The position numbers were made by a program, and so were the translations under genes. A stretch of DNA of 62,975 nt, filler included, from Octopus bimaculoides (lineage: Eukaryota): assembly GCF_001194135.2 (NCBI RefSeq). It is 5 parts of 4 records of this genome, joined end to end, with 100 filler letters (N's around TTAATTAATTAA, not from the genome) between each part and the next. Parts side by side here need not be neighbours in the genome. Positions count along the whole stretch, not along the records: positions 1 to 17,175 come from NC_068984.1; positions 17,276 to 31,679 come from NC_069000.1; 3 more parts are not named here. The stretch is one strand, 5' to 3'. The notes beneath the pieces are model-generated. The model was not told where the DNA came from. It saw only the letters and a list, made by a program, of their open reading frames with translations, and searched no databases. Of the stretch, positions 12,843-26,394 are shown in pieces. The first letter of the stretch is position 1; each line of letters opens with the position of its first letter.

Positions 12843-13824
12843 TACATATACATATAAACGAGTGTAGGCATACATTGAATACATATAGATATCTTAATAT
12901 AACAAATATGTATACAGGTTCATAAAGAAGCGTATGGAAATAAACATATAGCTAGTCCTAGAACAGATTAGCTAAACTTATAAGAGTAAATTTAATGAAT
13001 CATGTAATGATCTGATAAAAAGGAATATCTAAGAGACTCCAATCAGGAGTACATAGAGGTATCGACGTAGGAATAGAGTTACAAAACGATGCAGTCGCTA
13101 GAGGGTAGCAACGTCAATAATATGTAAAAAGAAAAAAAAAAGGTTGATGCATTAAATAGAATAGACTGGAATGTTACACGTCAACGGGTCAAAGTATTTT
13201 AGAAATTGCAGAACATCTGAATATGGTCTAATACATTATCTGTTATTAGGGTGATATTAAATTGTGGTTAATCGAGGTAGGAAATTAATCATTTGTACTG
13301 ATCGAGTTTGTTGGAGTAGGTTTAATAAATAAAGTGTAAGTTTGGGTAGTTAACATACAAGAACTATTTATATTTAAGATGTTAGCATCAATGAGAACTA
13401 AGGCTTTGGAAGATAGCGGAATGTTTAAATATGTTCCAGTACTTTGTCTGTCACTAAGGTGAAAATAAATGATGGTTAGAAAGGTAGGGAATTATTCAAT
13501 TGTATTGATCCAGGTAGTAGAATGTCTGGATGCAGTTTGACACATTATCTGTTAGTAAGGTAAGACCAGGGAATTAGCAAGCATAAACGGAGGATTTACA
13601 TTTATGTGCTCGCATTAATGGGCAATAAATAGTCTTACATATATTAAAGTCAAAATATAGTCTAATATATTTATATATTACTAAAGAGGGACTATATTGT
13701 GATTAATCAAGGTGGGAAATTATTCAATACTATTTATCTAGGTTATAAAGTTTATTAGTGTAGATAGAATAATTATATGTAAGGTTAGGTATAATTAAAA
13801 TGTAGGAATGATCTATATTTAAGG

Positions 13825-14690
13825 TGCTGGCGTCTTAAAATCAAATCATCACGCTCATTAATAATATTCGATTTAATTTTATTGAGATGGAATGCCTTAA
13901 GTACACAGAGCTGACACCGACCCCCCACCCCTTGTATGGTTGTGCATTACATACAATAGAGCAAGCACTTCTAAATTCAATACTATTATCAGCGAGAGAA
14001 AGTACAAATCTAGCTTTGGATGTACTATTAGCCTTTTCTTTATGCCGAAAAATAGATTTGTGATTACTCTAGCGAAGTTTGAATGAAGAAGAGGACGCAC
14101 CAATGTAAACATGGTCTTTATCAAGAGTAGTGATAGGACACTTATACGCTATATTTTTCCTAAGGCATTTGTTATTAATGGGACATAGTAGTTTATTACG
14201 AAAGCTACATAGAACGAAGTTAGCTTGATTATTAGTAGGTAAGATGGGTTCAGCTCCACTATTCTTATTGGAATCAGGTACATCAATATGTTGATTAGTT
14301 TGCATTGCTGCTATTTAGATAGCTAGAAGTTGTAGTATTAGACGTACTTCCAGGTATTGTAGTATTAAAAGCTGCACAGTCTAATTTGCTACGGTTAAAT
14401 CTTGATATATATTCGGCAATATTACGCATGTCAGTTTAACCATGTGTCTATTGAAAAATTTATGATACAGTGAAGATTTAGGGAAATGTTTATTCAAAGG
14501 CTGAAAATCTTTTCGAGCCATGTTAGAAGCAACATTTAGACTGAATGGTGTGCGCGTCTGTCAGAATAGCGGGGGGTGGGGTAGGGGTGGCAAACTATTC
14601 CTATGCAAACTATTTTTATTTTGAAGTTTATATGGATTAGATATAGTAGAGCCTAAATTAATTTGGTTATTATGGTAGTTAATTGCTATC
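13825..14690 (-). mobile_element. Penelope-like element 3' fragment (RT thumb/linker + GIY-YIG)
   Basis: FSLNVASNMARK..LNKHFPKS; CSFRNKLLCPINNKCLRKNIAYKCPI..VYIGASSSSFKLR; terminal CQLC and NERDDLI motifs. Confidence 0.8.
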
Positions 14691-14734
14691 AAATTACCTG
14701 ATTTAAATACAGGGTTACTAGTTTCCTTCTTCTT

Positions 14735-15679
14735 CTTCTTATTGCCTTTGCACAGCTTCTAACGCTGGAGATGTACTACAGAGTCAGCTGTTCACTACCA
14801 GTAAACCAAGTTAACACCCCTTATTTTTCGAGCACCTTCCGGAGTATTCGACCGGTTCCAAGAGGTGCTGTTCTCTGCAGGTGCTCCACCCTTATTGCAG
14901 CCCCTACTTGTTCTATGATTTTTACTCACTGTTCCCATGGTTCCGACAATTGTTGGTATTACTACCATCTTCTTCATCGACCACAACTGCTTAATCTCCC
15001 AAGCTAATCTGTCATATCTATCAACTTTTCTTACTTCCTTATCGCATACTTTGTTGTCAGCTGGGCATGCTATATCTACGATCCAGCATCGTTTGCTTTC
15101 TTTCTCAATTGTCTGGCTTCCGATTTTCTCATGGTCGCACTGAATCATAAAATCCCACAGGGTCTTTGCTTTATCATTTTCGATGATGCCTTCGAGTTTA
15201 TGGTCGTACCACTTTTTTTGTTCTGTCAAGTCCATACTTATATAATCACATTCAGCTTGTTATATCGTCGTGGCGTCTCTTATATTCATTCTGGGCTAGT
15301 GGCGTACATTGGCTGGTAATATGCCATACGATTTCACCGTTTTGTCCACAGATTCTGCACTTATCACTCTCTGCTGTGTTGTTTATCCTATATTTTATGT
15401 AGTTTGTTCTTAGTGCATGCTTTTGGGCAGTACAGATTACAGTCTCCGTTTCCGGTTTTAAATCAATTTTAGTCATCCGCAGCCATCTTTTTTCTCTGTC
15501 TGTCTTATCTTCAACATCTCTATGAAATTGTCCATGCACTCTTTTCTTTACCCACCTAGTTTCATTCATTCTCAGTTGCTTGTACAGTACTTTATCTTTG
15601 CAATCTTTCATCCTACACAAGCCTGACCTTCTTACTTCTAATAATAGCGGTTCTGTGGCACTTTTTACATACCATGCTA

Positions 15680-15680
<1 letters not shown>
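14735..15680 (-). mobile_element. R4/Dong-like LINE 3' fragment (CCHC zinc finger + restriction-like endonuclease)
   Basis: AWYVKSATEPLL; DLKPETETVICTAQKHALRTNYIK..KCRICGQNGEIVWHITSQC; KTLWDFMIQCDH; WIVDIACPAD; VIPTIVGTMGTV. Confidence 0.88.
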
Positions 15681-15713
<33 letters not shown>

Positions 15714-15959
15714 TTTACCAATGGTACTATTATCAATTTATTAATAGCATGATTTTCATTAAAGACCTGATTATCGTGCTCTCTGCTTTTCTCTGCCAAT
15801 TTACAGTTTTTTTTTCTACTCTTGCTTGCATCATGTGGCATGCATTTTAGTGCAAACATGTAAAACAAATGATCATACACTGAAATTAAACGGCTGCGAA
15901 ACTGCTCCAATTCTACGGATAACAAATAGTTAAATAAATATATTCATCTCATAAATCGC

Positions 15960-16028
<69 letters not shown>

Positions 16029-16329
16029 TGTGTGTGTGTGTGTGTGGTTATGAGATCTATCTATCTATCTATCTTACATTACCCCAGTACTTCATTGGTA
16101 CTTTATTTTATCGAACACAAAAGTATGAAATGGGAGGTTGTTCTCGGCGGGATTTGAACTCAAATGCAAAGAGCCGGAATAAATACTGTAAAGCATTTTG
16201 TCCAACGCGCTAACAATTCTGCAGCCCCTGTTTTACTACTACTACTACTTCGGACATTACAGTTGTTGATAAAATTCATGAGAAATGTCCCCTTATTAAT
16301 GCATCATGTCCGTTCAATACACGAATAGA

Positions 16330-16640
16330 AATTACGAGGATGTGGAAAATGAAGGAAGTTAACTACCATACCAGTAATTGTAGGAGCATTAGGAACAGCA
16401 AATGACAACGTTACAAAACGGCAGAGAAGATCGAAGTAGATTGTGAGATGATAGAACTATTGTCTTCTGGGAACAGTTAAAAGGTTACGAAAGGCTGTCG
16501 ATGATTGGTTTGATTAAAAGAAATAAAATTAACAAGGAAGAGGCTGTTTGACATCTAAACCTATTGGCTGTAGCCAGCTATCGGTGCAGAAAAGTGACCA
16601 GGATATGACAAGCATCCCGAGAATAAACGGCATACTATAG
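16330..16640 (+). mobile_element. Extreme 3' fragment of an R4/Dong-like LINE
   Basis: Peptide fragments RMWKMKEV and IPVIVGALGTA, followed by a 3'UTR-like stretch. Confidence 0.65.
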
Positions 16641-17140
16641 CGAAAATATTTGATAGTTTGTGATAGTTTACATTCTAAATGTCCATTAAATCAACGAATT
16701 CTGTAAGGCAAGGAATTGTATGATACTTAAAATATGACAGATATTTTAGTCAAAGAACTGATAAAGACAGATGTCGGTTAAATTTTAAATAATTTGAAGT
16801 TTGATGAAATAAGAAAAGAGAAAAAACGACAGATAGGTAACGATACGGTAAAATGAATACATTAAATCGAAAATTATTATTATGATTAAATAAGTGGAAA
16901 TATAAAATGTATAAAATAGAATTAAATTAAGTTAATCTAAAATATACAATAAAGTGAGATAAAGTGAGATGAGATAAAAATAGGAACGGTGTTGATTAAA
17001 TTAAAATAGAAAGGTGATCAATTTGTGAGATAAAATGAAATTAAACGGAAAGAGTTAAAGGCGAGACCAGGATATGTTATATATATATATATATATATAC
17101 ACATATATATATATATCTGTATATACATATATATATATAC

Positions 17141-17175
<35 letters not shown>

Positions 17176-18697
17176 NNNNNNNNNNNNNNNNNNNNNNNNN
17201 NNNNNNNNNNNNNNNNNNNTTAATTAATTAANNNNNNNNNNNNNNNNNNNNNNNNNNNNNNNNNNNNNNNNNNNNTCCCTAAAACTATATATTTTATATA
17301 TATTTTATCTATAAAGCTCAATTTAATTTTAATTTTTTATAAATTGATTTTAATTGAGTTTTTACCTGTAATTTTGGATTTGTCCCTAATATTATTATTA
17401 TATATATATATATATATATATATTTAAATAGCATGATATGAGCTTAAATATGGATGTGGTAAGTGTGTATGTTTGTGTATGTTGATACATAGTTATGGTT
17501 TTGTATATGCAGATGTGTATATATTTATACACCATTGTATCTGTGACATTGAAGGCAGCATAGTATATGTAAATGTTTGTAAACAAACATGAGGATATAT
17601 TTGTATGTATATACATGAACATGTAACTATGTACTCATATGTAGATAAATATAGTGTTTTTAAGGAAACTAAAAGATGGTTTATCTTTTAATATTTAACA
17701 ACTGGAGTGCCATAAATCAGACTTTGCACTTTGTAAAAGTTCTAACTGAATTTTGTTATTTATTTATTTTCTGTTGGTCAGTTATCCTTTTTTGACATTT
17801 CAAATTCTTAGAGTTTTCTGAGAAAGAATTATATACATTTTGTCTATTTGAATGGAGTCAACATGCTTATGAAATCTTACAAATTTATTTTGCAGAGCAA
17901 GTTTATTTCATAGATTGATTGTATTTAAATTGATGTCTGATAATGTTGAATGAACAATAATAATTTTATTTCATTGCATATGTTATATATATTGTATATA
18001 TTACATATCTATATATGTGGTATGGAATAAAAATGTTCCTTTACTGAAACAACTGTAACATCCATTTGAATTTCTCTTTTCCTTTTTTAGATTACTATTA
18101 TTATCCACTCTGTGAAGTATATACTATACCTATTAGATTATACCTTGAATTTGCAAAGTGCTCCCCTTTCTAATAAATAGCTTAACCAATATTTATTCAG
18201 TTAACAGAGTACAATACCACCCATGTTCCTACCCAAAGTGCTAACAATATACGCACGCGTTTGTACATATGTGTGTGTGCACTCGCACACACATATGTAA
18301 ACATTCACTATACTTATCTCCCCATATTCAAATAACTCTTTGGTTTCAACCTTTAGCATCACGTAAAAAATACCCTCCCTTTATATTTCTATGTAAACTA
18401 GCGTTCTTATTCCTAAAGCCCATGGAATAATATCGTTGACCCCTTTATATCTCTATGTAAACAAACCTTCTAACGGTCACTGACTATGTAACATCTCAGC
18501 TCGTAAGTTACCCCATTATTTCGTTTTTGTCTTGCTATTACATGTTTTATTATGAACTCCCTGAAGAGAAATAAATGAGGAACCCCAACAGTTCTTTCTT
18601 CTTTGTGAAAGAACTATAATTTATTTCGAAACATATATGTAGGAATTAAAGGAACTTTCATTAACATGCGTTTTGCTCCATTTATTATTATCCATAT

Positions 18698-18774
<77 letters not shown>

Positions 18775-18800
18775 AAAGTGTACGTATGCCAATATATAGT

Positions 18801-19488
18801 TATATATATAAAAAATGCAAAAATGGGATAAGAACGCATAACATCCAGACAGTTAGGTGATACAAAAAAGGGACAAAAAAAAAACATCCAGACAGACAAT
18901 ACAAAGAAAACAAGGACAGGTCATTTGGATTTTTCTATCCTCTGTCGAGTTCCAGATTATCTTTGCAATTTTGGCTGGTTATACTCGAGATTGCTCCAAT
19001 CTGGCCAGCCCCAAGGAAAAACTAAGCAAAGAGCATTAGATTCCTTCAAAGAAAGCAGCGAATGTATATGAAAACAAGGACGGAAAAAACAGAGAAATGT
19101 TACACAAATACAAATGCTTAATTTAATTCAACCTTAGTCGCATGACACCCATTGTTATGTCATGTTATTTGTATTTGTATTTGTGTAACATTTCTCTGTT
19201 TTTTACTGTCCTTGTTTTCATATACATGCTGCTTTCTTCCAAGGAATCTAATGCTCTTAGCTTAGTTTTTCTTTGGGGCTGGCCAGATTGGAGCAATCTC
19301 GATTATAACCAGCCAAAATTGCAAAGATAATCTGAAACTTGACTGAGGATAGAAAAATCCAAATGACCCGTCCTTGTTTTATTTTGTATCGTCTGTCTGG
19401 ATGTTTTTTGTCCCTTTTTTGTATCACCTAACCGTTTGGATGTTATGCGTTCTTGTCCTATTTTTGCATTTTATATATATATATATAT
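18801..19488. mobile_element. Fold-back/MITE-like element with about 310-bp inverted arms
   Basis: 18801-19115 is a close but imperfect reverse complement of 19172-19488. The spacer is about 55 bp and both ends lie in (TA)n. Confidence 0.85.
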
Positions 19489-20364
19489 AATATCCTCTTG
19501 CTCACTCTCCCACAATTCCCATTTCTTCATCCCTCACAGCCTCCAACCCATCTTATCTGTTATACTTGTTCTGTTGAACTGGCAACCAGCACACATTCTT
19601 CTGATTTAACTCTATTGCTATCCAATACTTCCTCTTATCTCACTACCTCACCCTTATACCTCTTGGATGCACTTGTGCCTTTTTTTCTCAATAGTACTCA
19701 CTGCATCCACCCACTGTTTTCCCTTATTCCTTTCTTTCTCACACCAAACTCTCTTCACTACGTCCCCATCTAGGATGCTTTTGCAGCATTCACACTCTGC
19801 TCTTCCCTTCTCTCTACTTTTATAATACCCTGCAGTCTTTCTTTATTCATTATTCTGAGTGCACTCACCTACTCCTCCCTTGCCCCTGCTTCATTTTTTT
19901 CTCACTACTTTCTCTCTACAGCTTCTCTGTTTCCTTAATACCTGTTCTCATATTTACCCCCTCTCCCTCTTGTCTACCCTACCCCATAACCCTCACACTT
20001 CACTATCCTCCACAAACTTAAGATTCCTCTCCACTGGAGTATATTGCTCCCTTCCTTCCTTCCTTTCCTTTCTTTTCCTTTACACCTGTCTCTATTTGCC
20101 CTTTTCCAGTTTGTCCTCCCCTTCTCAATAACCCTTGATAATAATCCCCTCCTTTTTCCTTGCCAGAATCCCTCTCCTAATTAGTGCATACTCTAACACA
20201 TGTTATTCTTTCCCTTCCCACCCTGTCACAATTATAAGTCTGTTTCTCTCATCTTCCTGACTTTTCCTCATCACACTGTCTAGAATCATGCCCACTTTTC
20301 TATTCTCGCTCAGTTATAGGATCCACATTAGGCCCTTAGCCTTGCAAGTTATAAGGCAAACTTC

Positions 20365-20545
20365 ACTAGTGCTGGTGACATAAAAAGCACCCAGTACACC
20401 TTAGCAAAGTTGTTGGCATTAGGAAGGAAACCCCAGGAACTATGCCAAAGTAGATACTGGAGCATGATGTAGTTCTTCAACTTGTCAGATCCTTCAAACT
20501 GTCCAACCCTTGCCAGTATGGAAGCCAAGCATCAAATATTGATGA
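20365..20545 (+). mobile_element. Diverged SINE 3' tail (same type as 28620-28790)
   Basis: GGTGACATAAAAAGCACCCAGTACAC..GGCATTAGGAAGG..TCCAACCCTTGCCAGTATGGAA. Confidence 0.65.
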
Positions 20546-21099
20546 TCACACACACATACACACATGCAACACACACAACATATATATCCAAACATACATA
20601 CATATCTGCCTCTTCCACCTCATCGTCATCATTTAACATCTGCTTTCCATGCTTGTGATCCTTGTAGTTGTAAAACATTCCTCTTATCCTGTCTGCTGTA
20701 CATTTAATTATTCATATGAACAAGTTAATCAATATTAACAATGTCAACCAGTGTAGAGGTAATTTATAAAAACTCTAACTCAAACTATTAAAAATATGTG
20801 TGTTTATGAATTCTCTCTTCTCCACCAATGATTGGGGCAAGTACTTGAAACATGGGAACTAATGTCTGGAAGAATCTTAACACCTATTTAATATCAAATA
20901 ATACTGCTTACATTGTTTCTATATATTTATAATGTCAAGCAGTATATAACTGGTGAGAATGATTCCAGTGGTTTCATGCAAATTGCAGCACTTCACAATT
21001 TAAAAATTCAGATAAAACTAAAAATCTATATAGAGTAGACATTGGCACATATGACAGGCTCTTAGGGAACAGTGTCATGCAAACTATAGGCAGGCTTTG

Positions 21100-22560
21100 C
21101 TTCATACGAATGATAACATTAACAACAAGGCCAAACAGACAAAGTAAGAGGAATGACTTTATTACTATTAAGGATCACAAGCCAAAATTTTGTCCCAATC
21201 CCAAGTGCTGCCTGATTAAACCAGTAAAATTAGAGATTGAGCTGGTGAGTTACCATGTATTGAGGAAGTTAAATAATGACATAAAAAAAAGGATCCTATC
21301 TTTCCTTATGATGTAATACCAGTGAAGTAATTTCATGGTTTAAGGCAAGCAAGAGTAGAGGCAGAGCAAAATTCACCCAGTTCAGTAATGTGGACTTTTA
21401 CTCATCTATATCAAAAAGGTCATTAGACAGGGAACTTAATTTCTCTAAGGGATATAAAGGTAAAAAACATGCTGTGAGATAATGGTTCCACTTTGGTCAA
21501 ACAAAACAGACCCAGAATGTTACTTCAATATGGTGGTAGGAGCATTTGTCAGCATGGATATCTGTGACTTCATAGGCCTATCTATACTAGAGACCTCAGG
21601 TGAGAAATTCCTATGAATCTGCTTTGGCCTATAAAGAGCTAACACTTTAGGAATGACCTGATCCACACTTTCTAGGACTTAAAGATACTATAGAGACCAA
21701 CTCTCGAACTGGCCACTATGGCAAACCTACGGAAAGGTTGTTGTACATCAACACAGATTCCTGTTATATGTCTATAATGTTTAAAAACCTTGTAAAGGGT
21801 TTCAGTAGGGGGACTTCAAACCTATTCTCAAATCAATGTATTTCTGGTACAACAGCTCCCTATTACAACAAGGCTCTAGCTGGCAGCCAGTAAGTTTAAG
21901 GACTGTATGTATTATGTGCCTAATCCTGACACTCACAAGAGAAAGTACCACTGTAGCGTCCTCTGGTTTCTTCCACCTTTCTCAATCAGCATAGGAAAGG
22001 CCTTCTATTGATTAGTGGATAAGTATTTTACACAGGGCTATAGGTACAGGAAATTATTCAATAGACATAACTTAAGGGTCTCATTCAGCTAGTATAAAAA
22101 ATATTAGAATAAGCTCCAAGGCCCCGTGCAGAGGCAGGTTGCTCATTGGTTAACAATGAATGCCCAGTGAATGGTCAATGCATTGCAGTGGTCACAGTAT
22201 ATGAAGCAGAAGTGGTGATGTCCAACCACAGAGGAACACATACACACACAGAAGTATGTTGGCAATGGAGGGCCCCATTAGGGCCAGGTGAAATAATCAC
22301 AGATCCTCTTTTAGAACCCAAGAGAGATGCAATGATATGGTAGCTATATATAGTGATGAAAGGAGGGAAAACACTACAAAAATCAACTGGAAAGTGCTGG
22401 AACAGTCTTGGGCATATCCGAGTGAAAATAGACATTGCAAGCTTTGCTTGGCTGAAAAGAGGAAACAGAATTCATGTAATCCAAATGCTTTCTTGAACTC
22501 AAAAAGAAAAATATTTCATTTTGGCAACATGGTCATCCCCATTTTTGGACTTGAGAACAA
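21100..22560 (+). mobile_element. Penelope-like element, degenerate RT + GIY-YIG
   Basis: FITIKDHKPKFCPNPKCCLIKPVKLEI; EVISWFK; KFTQFSNVDFYSSISK; NECPVNGQCIAVVTVYEAEV; INWKVLEQSWAYPSENRHCKLCLAEK. Confidence 0.85.
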
Positions 22561-23546
22561 CACACATGTACACAGTTGAAATCAGTAATGCCATAACCAG
22601 TAGTATGTTATTTGACAATATAATAATATAACAGTACTATTTCTCTTTTAGAGTGTGCATTATTTTACTTATGGACTACTGGTGATATACATACACACGT
22701 GTGCACACGCACGCACACACCTACACACAGACAATGAGATTATAGAATATACCTCGAATTTGTTAATTCCTTTCTTGAACCATCCCTTGTCAGTAACCCA
22801 AGTCCTGATCTTGAGTTTATGATACAGGCTGCTTTTCTGGGACATTTCTTTGAGGGAAAAACATGCGCTCTATAAGTAGTCATGGTGTGTGTGTTCAACA
22901 ATCCAAATAACAATGTACATACATACACACACACTGTCAATCACATACTTTCACACCACTCAAACATAAAAATGTTATACACACTTTGAAATACTTTTAC
23001 AATAGAGAATGTTCAGGATGCGCAACCAATTGCAGCCTTTCTGCACATATTTCATTCCTTTATCTCTGGAAAGATAAAAATACAGGAAAATGATAATGTA
23101 TAAAAACAAATCAAATTAAGATTTACATAAATCTTTATCATATAAATTCTTTAAGGAGCCTCCAACACAATATTACTCTATCCAATAGAATGAATAGGTT
23201 ATTATTTATTTGTTTTAATATTTACCATTTCTGACATCAAAACGTACCAGAATAAAGTCTAGTTTAAAGTAAGCACCAGTAGTATACTAGAATTAACATA
23301 ATTTGCAAGGTTTTTCTCATAGTAAACAGACTCGATATCTAGTCATAAGATATTTAGTTATCTCTTTTCCTGTTCATTTGCCTTTTTTCTCCTGCCCCTG
23401 CGCTATATATAAATATATACACATAAAGTTGAGGGGTTTGAGAGGTGAATATACATTTATTTAACAATGTGACTTTTATAGGATCACAACTATTTCACAA
23501 CATTTTTCATGTACTAATTAATTTCAGTGAGGTTTGTATTAATATG

Positions 23547-23910
23547 TACAGGGGTTGGACAAAATAATAGAAACACCTAGTATCACAGCATCATAATTTT
23601 GAAATATCTATAAAACTGTCTAAAACTTGTTTATTTTTATGTTTTTTTGATTTATTATTAGTGTTGCTTAATATGTTTTGCTAAAATTGCTGTTTCTTTT
23701 CAGATATCCTCAGAAAAAAAGTAATTAAAATTCATTAAAATGACAGATCTATTGGACTTTCAAAGAGATCAAATTGTTGGTGCTCGTATGGCAGGTGCTA
23801 GCGTAACGAAACCGGCCAAAATGTTTGGTTTATCAAGAAGTACTGTCTCGAAAGTAATGACAGCCTTTGAGAAAGAGGAAAAAACCTCTTCATCAAAACA
23901 AAACTCCGAA
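23547..23910 (+). mobile_element. Tc1-like transposon 5' fragment
   Basis: TA + CAGGGGTTGGACAAAATAAT terminus; ATG at 23740 gives MTDLLDFQRDQIVGARMAGASVTKPAKMFGLSRSTVSKVM (paired-like HTH). Confidence 0.8.
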
Positions 23911-24085
23911 TGACTATACAATAAGTCTGCAACTACATTAAGACATCATAGTATACACATACACACACGTATTTATATGTATACATATACACACATACAC
24001 ATACTAATATACTTACATGCCTCTTAACTTTTATACCTTTGCGTGTACACACACATATATACATACACCCACACATACATACGTG

Positions 24086-24956
24086 TATGAGGTTTGATCA
24101 ATAAGTATCAGAACTGTTGCCACAGTAAAGAAGCTAAAGCACACAGACTGAAGCTGCTAGATAAAGATTGACCTAAAACTCTGCTGTGCATGCGCACTAA
24201 GTTTTAACATTCTAGCTCACTTCTGCTGTTTACAGCAGTGCTTGGAAGGAAGGTGTATAGTGTATGACTGTTGCATTGACCATGACAGAGAAATTTGTCA
24301 TGGCGATATCTGCTCAGAGGCCTATGCAAAGTTGTAGAAAGTGTATGAGCCACACACAAATGTACAAGTGGTTCGGACGTTCCCAAGATGACTGGAAAAA
24401 TGTTGATATTGACGAACGTTCTAGGAGAACCACAGCTAGTAGAACTGAGAAAACATTGCAGATGTGCATGCAGCTGTGAGGGGAAAATCATTGAATCACC
24501 ATCCGTGAGTTATCAGAAGATGTGCAGATTAGTTATGGTTCAGTTCAGTTCAGTCCATTATCACTGAAAATTTAGGTATGAGATATGTCCACGAAGTTCA
24601 TACTAAAATTGCTTTCAGCTAACCAAAAAGACACTCAGGCTTCAGTTGCACAAGATCTCCTTGATTGTGCCGAGAATGATGAAAACTTTTTGAAAATTTT
24701 CGTACACCTCTGAGCAGGTATTGCCAAGCTTTTGGCAAAATTTGTTGCAGATTCTCTGCTCAACTTTCTCTGTCATGGTCAATGCAACGATCACATGCTA
24801 TACACCTTCTTTCCAAGCACTGCTGTAAACAGAAGTGAACGAGAATGATAAAACTTAGTGCACATGCACATCAATCTGTGCCAAGCAGCTTCACTCTGCA
24901 TGCTTTAGCTTCGTCACTATGGCAACAGTCTGGATACTTATTGATCAGACCATGTA
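24086..24956 (+). mobile_element. Mariner-derived non-autonomous element with about 200-bp terminal inverted arms
   Basis: Termini TATGAGGTTTGATCAATAAGTATC and GATACTTATTGATCAGACCATGTA. 24086-24295 is inverted relative to 24760-24956. Internal relic TQMYKWFGRSQDDWKNVDIDERSRR matches the mariner HTH region. Confidence 0.82.
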
Positions 24957-25004
24957 CACGCATACACACACATAGATATGTACATATATACACATATATA
25001 CACT

Positions 25005-25045
<41 letters not shown>

Positions 25046-25558
25046 TATAAAAACCAAGAGAGAATATGGAGTTACTATTAATAAAAGTTTTTTAATACAT
25101 TGACAAGACCAGACCTACAATTGTTTCAGTTCATGACTTGCAGCATAAAGTCAACCAAATTTGATTTACTAAAATATAAACAGTTATACAAATAGATCTA
25201 TGTATCTATTTTTATAACTGTATATATTTTTAACTTTAATGGTACACTGTACTCTTCCTGTTTAATGTTTTCATTATGTTTTAAATATGATAAATTTCTT
25301 TGTACATCCTTCCCTGAAGATGTTCTTGCTTGTAGTAATTACCTAAATTGATTTAGTCAAATTAAATTGAATTTGGTTGATTTTATGCTGCAAGTGATGA
25401 ATTGAAACAATTGTAGGTCTGGTCTTTTTTAATCTTATCTTCATTTTCTCTCTTGGTTTTTATAATATTAATTATATTTATAAGCCTATATTGTTAGGTA
25501 TTCAACCAGGCTAATCATGGATATCTTTATCCCTCCGAGGTTTATATCCTCACCTGTA

Positions 25559-25598
<40 letters not shown>

Positions 25599-25620
25599 TA
25601 TATATACATACATTTAGTTG

Positions 25621-25770
25621 TATTAAGGGCATTACTACACATAAATGCCTCACACTACGAGGGACTCTTAAAGTCAAAACTACCATAATAAATACAGTGT
25701 AGTTTTGGTAGTTTTGACTTTAAGAGTCCCTCGTAGTGTGAGGCATTTATGTGTAGTAATGCCCTTAATA
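25621..25770. repeat. Perfect 65-bp inverted repeat with 20-nt spacer
   Basis: 25621-25685 is the exact reverse complement of 25706-25770. Confidence 0.95.
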
Positions 25771-26394
25771 TAAATAAATATATTTAAATGGAATAATTAT
25801 AATTTTTTCCCTTATGAGGTTTTTTCACACTCACTACTTGATAAATTCTAATAAAGATTTTATCCTATTTTAAATTTTATATATACATACATNNNNNNNN
25901 NNNNNNNNNNNNNNNNNNNNNNNNNNNNNNNNNNNNNNNNNNNNNNNNNNNNNNNNNNNNNNNNNNNNNNNNNNNNNNNNNNNNNNNNNNNNNNNNNNNN
26001 NNNNNNNNNNNNNNNNNNNNNNNNNNNNNNNNNNNNNNNNNNNNNNNNNNNNNNNNNNNNNNNNNNNNNNNNNNNNNNNNNNNNNNNNNNNNNNNNNNNN
26101 NNNNNNNNNNNNNNNNNNNNNNNNNNNNNNNNNNNNNNNNNNNNNNNNNNNNNNNNNNNNNNNNNNNNNNNNNNNNNNNNNNNNNNNNNNNNNNNNNNNN
26201 NNNNNNNNNNNNNNNNNNNNNNNNNNNNNNNNNNNNNNNNNNNNNNNNNNNNNNNNNNNNNNNNNNNNNNNNNNNNNNNNNNNNNNNNNNNNNNNNNNNN
26301 NNNNNNNNNNNNNNNNAATTAAGTACTGGGGTTGATGTAATCGACTACCTCCTCCCCAAAATTTCAGGCCTTGTGCTTATAGTAGAAAGGATTT

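Noticed and set aside
17220-17231. TTAATTAATTAA islands inside N runs (also near 31724, 58536 and 61819)
   Set aside because: An identical 12-mer centred in gaps, with stops in all six frames, is a scaffolding spacer and not biology.
19335-19375. CTGAGGATAGAAAAATCCAAATGACCCGTC in the fold-back arm
   Set aside because: GAAA is replaced by CAAA, helix I cannot form, and the other arm lacks CTGA.
19490-20330. Pyrimidine-rich stretch that may be an ancient minus-strand LINE
   Set aside because: I could not recover any diagnostic motif.
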